Assembly (NCBI GenBank): GCA_964408735.1
Contig: CAYPAX010000007.1
Location: 1,450-65,449, forward strand
Length of the DNA: 64,000 bases
From: an uncultured Rhodospirillaceae bacterium
GTDB lineage: Bacteria > Pseudomonadota > Alphaproteobacteria > UBA7887
Direction: 5' to 3'
The notes beneath the pieces are model-generated. The model did no database searches. It was given only the letters and a program-made list of their open reading frames with translations, and was not told where the DNA came from. The translations under genes and the position numbers were made by a program. Numbering within the stretch: position 1 is the first letter of the stretch; every line of letters starts with the position of its first letter. Of this stretch, positions 20,270-27,451 are shown piece after piece.

Positions 20270-21945
20270 CTGTCGAACTCTCTCAGCACCGCGCCCGGCA
20301 GGGCACCGTTGGCGATCAGGCCGCTGGCATCGGCGATACGGCTGCCGTTGACCCAGACACCGTGCAAACCGTTGCCATCGCAGACCAGGCGGCTGGCGCC
20401 GGCCGGCAGGTCGTGGACGCGGCGGTTGGTCGAGCGCCCGACCGTGGCCGGGTCGAACAGCATCATGTCCGCCCAGGCGCCGGGGCGCAGCCGTCCGCGG
20501 TCGGGAATGCGATAGATGTCAGCCTGGCGGCCGGTCATCTCGTAGACCGCGCGCTCGAGCGGAAACAGGCCGCGCTCGCGCACCCAATTGCCGTAGAGGT
20601 GCAGGCCGAAGCCGGCATCGCAGAAGAAGGTCAGGTGTGCGCCCGCGTCCGATAGCGCGATGGTGCTGTGGGGATCGCTCAGCAGCTTGCCGACCGCCTC
20701 GGGCTGGGCATTGAGCAGCACCGAGGCGAAGGTCGTCTTCATGTCCTCGGCCAGGCCGAAGTCGAGGATCCAGTCGAGGGGATCGACTCCCGCCTCCGCC
20801 GCCAGGGAGGCGATGTCGCGGCCTTCCTTGTCGCGGTTGGCGGGGTCCGCCACCTCGGCGATCTTGATGCCGCTCCAGTCGCCGGTAAAGGCGGTCATCT
20901 TGCCGGGATCGGCGATCTCCGCCTTCACCGCCGCGCGCAGGGCGGGGTCGCGGTAGAGGGCCGGCAGCGCTTCCGGCGCGGCTTCCATGATGGGCTTCCA
21001 GGAGTCGAAGGCCTCCATCATGTACGGATTGTACAAGCTGAAATCCAAGGTCAGCGGGCAGCAGGAGACCTGGCCGTAGAGCTCATGGCCGCGGCCGTTG
21101 GCCTCGCCGATCTTCACCATGGCACCCAAGGTGGCGCGGTCGTTCAGGGGGTTGTGCAGCAGCGCGGCGACGATCACCGGCCGCCCCGAGGTCTCGGCCA
21201 GGGATTCCAGGAAGCCCAACTTCGAGCCCGAGCCGCGCGTCAGCATGAAGGCGCCGCGGCCGCCCTCGGCCATGGCGGCGACCAGCGCTTCGATCTCGCT
21301 CTGCTCGGCAAGGCGCGAGGGCATGGGCACGCCGCCGGCGCCGTTGTGGCCTTCGAAGGTCGACGTCGCGAAGCCGATGGCACCGGCCGCCATGCCCTCG
21401 CGCAGCAGGCCCGCCATGGCCGCGATCTCGTCAGCGCTGGCGGCGCGCTCGGTGGCGTCGTCGCCCATCACCCAGGTGCGCAGCGAGGAATGGCCGGCGA
21501 AGCAGGCGACATTGAGGCCGACGCCGCGGGCTGCAATGTGATCGAGATAGTCGCCGAAGCTTTCGAAATCCCAGCGCATGCCTTCGCCGAGCGCCTCCAG
21601 GGACATGCCTTCGACATTGCAAAGATTGCGTGCGGTGGCGGCGCGGTGCTCGGGCTTGCAAGGCGCTACGGTGAAACCGCAATTGCCCATCAGCACCGTG
21701 GTCACGCCGAGGCGCGAGGAAGGATCGAGCCAGGGGTCCCACGTGACCTGGGCGTCGTAATGGGTGTGGGTGTCGATAATGCCCGGCGCCAGCGCCAGGC
21801 CCTCGGCATCGACGACCTCGCGGCCTGTCCCGACATCGCTGCCGATCTCGGCAATACGGCCTTCGCTGACGGCAAGCGCGGCATGTTGCGGCGCTTCGCC
21901 GCTGCCGTCGTAGAGGACTGCGTTCTTGATCACCAGATCATGCAT
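20266..21945 (-). CDS. N-acyl-D-amino-acid deacylase-family amidohydrolase
   Basis: DTHTHYD metal motif and a D-aminoacylase-like architecture. 559 aa from MHDLVIKNAVLYDG. Confidence 0.75.
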   Translation of the reverse strand: MHDLVIKNAVLYDGSGEAPQHAALAVSEGRIAEIGSDVGTGREVVDAEGLALAPGIIDTHTHYDAQVTWDPWLDPSSRLGVTTVLMGNCGFTVAPCKPEHRAATARNLCNVEGMSLEALGEGMRWDFESFGDYLDHIAARGVGLNVACFAGHSSLRTWVMGDDATERAASADEIAAMAGLLREGMAAGAIGFATSTFEGHNGAGGVPMPSRLAEQSEIEALVAAMAEGGRGAFMLTRGSGSKLGFLESLAETSGRPVIVAALLHNPLNDRATLGAMVKIGEANGRGHELYGQVSCCPLTLDFSLYNPYMMEAFDSWKPIMEAAPEALPALYRDPALRAAVKAEIADPGKMTAFTGDWSGIKIAEVADPANRDKEGRDIASLAAEAGVDPLDWILDFGLAEDMKTTFASVLLNAQPEAVGKLLSDPHSTIALSDAGAHLTFFCDAGFGLHLYGNWVRERGLFPLERAVYEMTGRQADIYRIPDRGRLRPGAWADMMLFDPATVGRSTNRRVHDLPAGASRLVCDGNGLHGVWVNGSRIADASGLIANGALPGAVLREFDS

Positions 21946-21962
21946 GGCGCTGCCCTTTTCCG

Positions 21963-22583
21963 TCAGGTGAGCGGTATGCCGGCGACGCGGGCCTCGAAGG
22001 CGGGACGCGCGCGGGTGCGGGCATACCAGGCATTGAGCGCTGCCATAGCCGGTGGCGCCTTGGCCAGCGAGAACCAGCGCCACGCCAGGATGGCGAGCGG
22101 GATATCGGCGATGGTGAAGCTATCGCCCATGATCCAGTCGCGCCCCTCGAGGCGGGCATCGAGAATTTGCCAGATCGGCACTGCCGCCGCCTCGGCTTCC
22201 GCGATCTGCGCCTCCGTATAGGCCTCGGGCGTGCGCACGCGGCCCCAGAAGATGGTCGTCAGCGGCACCAGCACGGTGGTCTGCTGCCAGTCCATCCAAC
22301 GGTCCGCATCGGCGCGTGCCTGGATATCCGTCGGCCACATGGCACCGGACGCATATTTGGCTGCGAGATAGCGCAGGATGGCGTTGCTTTCCCAGAGCAC
22401 GAAGCCGTCATCCTCGATGGTCGGCACGCGGGCATTGGGATTGCGCGCCAGCATGTCGGCATCGGTGGTGCGGCCGAAATCGCCGCCGATCTCCTCGTGC
22501 TCGAAGCGCAGTGCCGCCTCGTCGCAAAACCATAAGACCTTCTGCACGTTCGACGAATTGCGCCGGCCCCAGACCTTGAGCAT
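21963..22583 (-). CDS. Glutathione S-transferase
   Basis: 206 aa with a GST N-terminal thioredoxin-like domain and a C-terminal helical domain. Confidence 0.7.
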   Translation of the reverse strand: MLKVWGRRNSSNVQKVLWFCDEAALRFEHEEIGGDFGRTTDADMLARNPNARVPTIEDDGFVLWESNAILRYLAAKYASGAMWPTDIQARADADRWMDWQQTTVLVPLTTIFWGRVRTPEAYTEAQIAEAEAAAVPIWQILDARLEGRDWIMGDSFTIADIPLAILAWRWFSLAKAPPAMAALNAWYARTRARPAFEARVAGIPLT

Positions 22584-22593
22584 GGCGGCGCCG

Positions 22594-23217
22594 CTATTCC
22601 GCAGCCTGTGCCGCTTGCGGCGACAAGGGCAGGCCGACCCCGATCATGCTGTCTCGGGTGACGAGCTTGGCGAGATCCTCCTCGCTCCAGCCCTCGGTGC
22701 CGTCGGGGCGCTTCGGCAGCACCATGTAACGCATGTCGGCGGTGGAATCGTGCACCCGCAGCTCGATGTCGTCGGCCATGCTGACGCCGAACTCAGCCAG
22801 CACCGTGCGTGGCTCGCGCACCACGCGCTTGCGGTATTCCTGCGCCTTGTACCAGTCCGGCGGCAGGCCGAGGACGGTGCGCGGATAACAGGAGCAGAGC
22901 GTGCAGACGAAAAGATTGTGCACATCGTCGGTGTTCTCGACCACCACCAGCAGGGTGCCGTCGAGAGTGAGGCCGAGTTCCTCCGCCGCGGCGCTGCCGT
23001 CAGCGAGCATGCGGGCGCGATAGGCCTCGTCGGTCCAGGCGCGGGCGACCATGCGGGCGCCGTCGGCCGGGCTGCGGGCGTCCATGCGTTCCATCTGGCG
23101 GGCGATGCGATCGTCGGTCAGCACGCCATGCTCGACCAGCAATTCGCGCACCGCGACCGCGAGGTGGCGGTAATAGGGGTCGTGCACACCGTGGCGGTGG
23201 TTGACTTCGTCGCTCAT
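22594..23217 (-). CDS. Nitrile hydratase-family alpha subunit, cobalt type
   Basis: The metal-binding motif VCTLCSCYP is followed by a region that aligns with NHase alpha (VVREPR, WSEE-L-LVTRDSMIGV). 207 aa from MSDEVNH. ATGA overlap with the upstream gene. Confidence 0.8.
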   Translation of the reverse strand: MSDEVNHRHGVHDPYYRHLAVAVRELLVEHGVLTDDRIARQMERMDARSPADGARMVARAWTDEAYRARMLADGSAAAEELGLTLDGTLLVVVENTDDVHNLFVCTLCSCYPRTVLGLPPDWYKAQEYRKRVVREPRTVLAEFGVSMADDIELRVHDSTADMRYMVLPKRPDGTEGWSEEDLAKLVTRDSMIGVGLPLSPQAAQAAE

Positions 23218-23513
23218 GACGCCTGCTCCAGCCAATGTTCGTAGATCTCGACCTCGACGCAGTCCTGGGCCGGGCCGGTATAGTCGGGCCACAGATGGGA
23301 TTGCGGAAAACGCACCCGGTAGAGGGTCTGCTTGGGCAGGCCTTCCTCGCCATAGGCGAGCGCTTCGGGATTGCGAAAGGTGCCGCAGATGCGTTCGATC
23401 TCGCCGCTCTTGCCGCGCACATACCAGGGCGTGCGCAAATGGGGTTTGCGCGGCTCGCTGGGCGGATCGCGGAAGGCGACATGCACCTTATCGCCGACAG
23501 CGAAGCGGCTCAT
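23214..23513 (-). CDS. Nitrile hydratase beta subunit, C-terminal half, as a separate polypeptide (ToyL/ScnA-like)
   Basis: 99 aa. FxVGDKVxV...PRYVRGKxG...LYxVRF matches the C-terminal SH3-like domain of NHase beta. ATGA overlaps at both ends. Confidence 0.7.
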   Translation of the reverse strand: MSRFAVGDKVHVAFRDPPSEPRKPHLRTPWYVRGKSGEIERICGTFRNPEALAYGEEGLPKQTLYRVRFPQSHLWPDYTGPAQDCVEVEIYEHWLEQAS

Positions 23514-23818
23514 GCCTCTCCCTCCCGCGCCGCCACCTCGGCCACCCGCGCCTGTACCTCGGTCTCGTCGAGCACGCCCTTCTCGATCAGAATGGCGGCG
23601 ATGGAAGCAATCCAGCGCTCGTAATAGCTCAAGGACGAGTAGGCATCCGGCGCCAACGCCTCGATGCCGCGGCGCAGCTCGTCGACGCGCATGATCTTCT
23701 CTTCCTGGATCAGCAACGACATCAGCGCATCGATACGCTTCTCCCAGACGTCGTAGTCGTGCTCGCCAAGCTCCACCGGCCCCGCTGGCTGGCCGCCCAT
23801 ATCATGATGACTGCGCAT
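23510..23818 (-). CDS. Nitrile hydratase beta subunit, N-terminal half, as a separate polypeptide (ToyK/ScnB-like)
   Basis: 103 aa from MRSHHDMGG, which matches the HDLGG start of NHase beta. Other matches are WEKRIDAL and YYERWI. GGGAGG RBS. Confidence 0.7.
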   Translation of the reverse strand: MRSHHDMGGQPAGPVELGEHDYDVWEKRIDALMSLLIQEEKIMRVDELRRGIEALAPDAYSSLSYYERWIASIAAILIEKGVLDETEVQARVAEVAAREGEA

Positions 23819-24064
23819 GTTCGTCCTCCCACGGGGCGCATTGTGGGCCGGGCCGCGGGGGCTTGGCAAGGGTCGGCCGCCACGTTCCTGTTCCGAGCTC
23901 AGCCACCGTATCCCGTGTCTCCAACTGCCAAGGTCACGCAGAGGAGAGGAATGGTCGAGACTGACAGTCGCCGATGTCGGCTGGCTTGCCTCGTCGGATT
24001 GCCCAGCGCAGCCCCTCCGCGCACTCCGCGGCTCCGCGTGCCCCTTCTTCTTTATCGTAGACTT

Positions 24065-24949
24065 TCAGCCCAGCCTTGCCACGAAGTCCGCCACCGCTTC
24101 GCCTATCTGGTCGGGGGAGTCTTCCTGGATGAAGTGGAGGCCGGGGACGGTGACCTCGGTCTGGTTGGGCCAGGCGCGGCAGAACTCGCGCTGCTCGCCG
24201 ACCAGAATGCTGCCGGGATCGGCGTTGATGAAGAGCTTGGGCAGGTCGCTTGACGCCAGCCATTGCGAATAGCCCTCGGCGATGGCGACCACGTCCGCCG
24301 GCTCGCCGTCGATGGGGATCTGGCGCGGCCAGGTCAGGGTCGGGCGGCGGGATTCGCCGGGCTCCGTGAAGCGCTTGCGGTAATGCGCCATCTCGGCGTC
24401 GCTCAAGCCCCGGGCCACGGCGCGGGGCAATAGCACCTCGACGAAAAGGTTCTTGGTCAGCACCATGTCGTCCCCCGCCGGCGAGCGCAGGGCCTGGAAG
24501 AACTCGCGCGCGCCGTCGGGCCAGTCGGCCCACGACACGGGTCGTACCAGCGCTTCCATATAGGCGATGCCGGCAACCCGGTCCTGGTTGCGGTGGGCCC
24601 AGTGGAAGCCGAGGGCGGAGCCCCAGTCGTGCACCACGAAGACCGCGTCGCGCAGATCCATGGCCGCGAGCCAGGCGTCGAGATAGCGGGCGTGGGTGGC
24701 GAAGGTGTAGTCGCCATCCGACGAGACGCCGGAGTCCCCCATGCCGATGAGGTCCGGTGCCAGGCAACGATTGCCCTCGGCCAAATGCGGGATGATATTG
24801 CGCCAGAGATAAGACGAGGTCGGGTTGCCGTGCAGGAACACCACGGGACGGCCATCGGCCTTGCCGGTGTCCACATAGGCGATCTCGGAATCGAGCACGG
24901 CGGCGCGCCGGCGCGGGTGGGGGTCGGCGGCGGATGGCGTGGCTGTCAT
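24065..24949 (-). CDS. Haloalkane dehalogenase-family alpha/beta hydrolase
   Basis: FLHGNPTSSYLWRNIIPHL and HDWGSALG are hallmarks of DhaA-type haloalkane dehalogenases. 294 aa from MTATPSAAD. Confidence 0.75.
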   Translation of the reverse strand: MTATPSAADPHPRRRAAVLDSEIAYVDTGKADGRPVVFLHGNPTSSYLWRNIIPHLAEGNRCLAPDLIGMGDSGVSSDGDYTFATHARYLDAWLAAMDLRDAVFVVHDWGSALGFHWAHRNQDRVAGIAYMEALVRPVSWADWPDGAREFFQALRSPAGDDMVLTKNLFVEVLLPRAVARGLSDAEMAHYRKRFTEPGESRRPTLTWPRQIPIDGEPADVVAIAEGYSQWLASSDLPKLFINADPGSILVGEQREFCRAWPNQTEVTVPGLHFIQEDSPDQIGEAVADFVARLG

Positions 24950-25050
24950 GGCGTCCCTCCTGTTCGGGCGCATTTGGGCGTGCGCTGCCGATTGAGTCAA
25001 GCCGCGCACCCGCGTATCTTGGCCGCCGCACGAAATACAGGGAGGCCGGC

Positions 25051-25827
25051 ATGGCACGGTTGGACGGCAAGGTCGCGTTGATTACGGGCGGGGCATCGGG
25101 CATCGGCAGGCGCTCGGCGGAGCGCATGGTGGGGGAAGGTGCGCGCGTGGTGATCACCGACATCCAGGCCGAAGTGGGCCACGCGGCGGCCGAGGAGATC
25201 GGCGGCGACACGCTGTTTCTCGAACACGACGTCACCCACGAGGCCGGCTGGCAGGCGGTTGTCGAGGTCGCGCTGACCCGCCACGGCCGCCTCGACGTGC
25301 TGGTCAACAGTGCCGGCATTGCCGAGATGGGCAATGTCGAGGAGACCGCGTTCGAGGACTGGAAGCGCACCCAGGCGGTCAATTCCGACGGCGTGTTCCT
25401 GGGCTGCAAATACGGCGTGGCGGCGATCAAGCAGACCTCGCGCGAGGAAGGCGCCGGCGGTTCGATCATCAACATCTCTTCCGTCTCAGGCCTTATCGGC
25501 GGCCACAACCTCGCCGCCTACAATGCCTCCAAGGGCGCGGTGCGACTGCTGACCAAGTCCGTCGCCCTCTATTGCGCCCGCCAGGGCTACAACATCCGCT
25601 GCAACTCGGTGCATCCCACCTTCATCGACACGCCCATGGTCAAGGCCATGTACGAAGGCGCCGCCGATCCCGCCAAGACCAAGGCCAAGCTGGAGCGCCA
25701 GATCCCCCTCGGCCATATGGGCGAGCCCGACGACATCGCCTGGGGGATTGTCTATCTGGCGTCGGAGGAATCGAAGTTCATGACCGGCACCGAGTTCGTG
25801 CTCGATGGCGGCATTACGGCCATGTAG
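25051..25827 (+). CDS. SDR-family oxidoreductase
   Basis: TGGASGIG and the N..S...YNASK catalytic tetrad. 258 aa. Confidence 0.8.
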   Translation: MARLDGKVALITGGASGIGRRSAERMVGEGARVVITDIQAEVGHAAAEEIGGDTLFLEHDVTHEAGWQAVVEVALTRHGRLDVLVNSAGIAEMGNVEETAFEDWKRTQAVNSDGVFLGCKYGVAAIKQTSREEGAGGSIINISSVSGLIGGHNLAAYNASKGAVRLLTKSVALYCARQGYNIRCNSVHPTFIDTPMVKAMYEGAADPAKTKAKLERQIPLGHMGEPDDIAWGIVYLASEESKFMTGTEFVLDGGITAM

Positions 25828-25834
25828 CACACTC

Positions 25835-27319
25835 ATGAATCTCGCCGAATGGCTGTACCGAACCGCGCGCACCCGTCCTGAGGCGCCGGCGCTTTTCACC
25901 AGCGAGCGGCAGGTCGCGGATTATCGCGAATTCGCCCGCCGCGCCTCCGCAATCGCCGGCGGCCTGGCGGCAAGCCACGGCATCGCACCCGGCGACCGGG
26001 TCGGCGTGTTCATGAAGAACCGGGTGGACTATCTCGAGGTGCTCTACGGCATCTGGTGGCTTGGCGCCGCCGCCGTGCCGATCAATGCCAAGCTGCATGC
26101 GCGCGAGGCCGAGTGGATTCTCGACAACGCCGGCTGCCCGGCCGTCTATTGCGACGGCGGCACGGCCGCAGCGCTGACGACAGAGGCCACGGTGCTTTCC
26201 GTCGACGACCCGGCCCATGCGGCGATGCGCGACGGCGAAGGGCCGGCGCGGCCGTTAGCGCGCGAAGAGAACGACCTCGCCTGGCTGTTCTATACCTCCG
26301 GCACCACGGGCCGGCCGAAGGGCGTGATGCTATCGCACGGCAATCTCGCGGTGCAGGCGTTGTGCTACGTCATGGATGTCGAGGCCATCGGACCCGAGGA
26401 CGCCATTCTCTACGCCGCGCCGATGTCCCACGGCGCCGGGGTCTACAATTTCCAGAACGTGCGTGCCGGCGCCCGCCACGTGGTGCCCGAGTCCGGCGGC
26501 TTCCATGCGAACGAGGTGCTCGACCTCGCGGCCGCTTTGCGCAATGTCTCCCTGTTCGCGGCACCGACCATGGTGCGCCGCCTGGTCGATGCGGCCAAGG
26601 CGCGCGGGCTCGACGGCGACGGCATCAAGTCCGTGATCTATGGCGGCGGGCCGATGTATCTCGCCGATATCGAGGATGCGCTCGACGTCATGGGCCAGCG
26701 CTTCATCCAGATCTACGCCCAAGCCGAATCGCCCATGACCATCACCGCGCTGGGGCGGCGCTGGCACGACTCGCGTAAGCATCTGTCATCGGTCGGCCTC
26801 GCCGAAAGCGCCGTCGAGCTGCGCATCACGGGCGAGGACGGCGCGGCGCTGGGGCCCGGCGAGGCGGGCGAGATCGAGGTCAAGGGGCCGGCGGTGATGC
26901 TTGGCTACTGGAACAATGCGCAAGCCACCGCCGAGACCGTGCGCGAGGGTTGGCTGCGCACGGGCGATGTCGGCGTGCTCGACGAAGACGGTTTTCTCAC
27001 GCTTCGCGACCGCTCCAAGGACATGATCGTCTCCGGCGGTAGCAACATCTATTCGCGGGAGGTCGAAGAGGTGCTGCTGCGCCATACGGACGTGCACGAA
27101 GCCGCCGTGGTCGGGCGTCCCCATGCGGAATGGGGCGAGGAGGTGGTGGCCTTCGTCGTCATGAAGGACGGTGCGGCTCTGGATCCGGCCTCGCTCGATG
27201 CCCTCTGCCTGGAGCACATCGCCCGCTTCAAGCGCCCCAAAGCCTACTTCGCCATCGACGAGCTGCCCAAGAACAATTACGGCAAAGTGGTCAAGACGGC
27301 CCTGCGCGAGCGGCTCTGA
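25835..27319 (+). CDS. AMP-dependent synthetase/ligase (acyl-CoA synthetase family)
   Basis: AMP-binding motif YTSGTTGRPKG and the C-terminal lysine motif. Start placed at MNLAEW. Confidence 0.8.
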   Translation: MNLAEWLYRTARTRPEAPALFTSERQVADYREFARRASAIAGGLAASHGIAPGDRVGVFMKNRVDYLEVLYGIWWLGAAAVPINAKLHAREAEWILDNAGCPAVYCDGGTAAALTTEATVLSVDDPAHAAMRDGEGPARPLAREENDLAWLFYTSGTTGRPKGVMLSHGNLAVQALCYVMDVEAIGPEDAILYAAPMSHGAGVYNFQNVRAGARHVVPESGGFHANEVLDLAAALRNVSLFAAPTMVRRLVDAAKARGLDGDGIKSVIYGGGPMYLADIEDALDVMGQRFIQIYAQAESPMTITALGRRWHDSRKHLSSVGLAESAVELRITGEDGAALGPGEAGEIEVKGPAVMLGYWNNAQATAETVREGWLRTGDVGVLDEDGFLTLRDRSKDMIVSGGSNIYSREVEEVLLRHTDVHEAAVVGRPHAEWGEEVVAFVVMKDGAALDPASLDALCLEHIARFKRPKAYFAIDELPKNNYGKVVKTALRERL

Positions 27320-27451
27320 CGCCGAATCTGCCGCGCTGTGACTGTTCCGAATTCGAAACTTCTCCATATCGGAGATGCTTGAGATGAATCGTCAACCTAT
27401 AACTGATGTGATACCGTAACGAATTCGCGTGGGCAAACGGGGGGCTCGGCG

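Noticed and set aside
23510-23869. Longer 119-aa version of the NHase beta N-half ORF, starting at MPSPRGP
   Set aside because: The NHase beta alignment starts at M-x-x-HD-L/M-GG. ATG 23818 has a GGGAGG RBS, and the upstream extension is Arg/Pro-rich.
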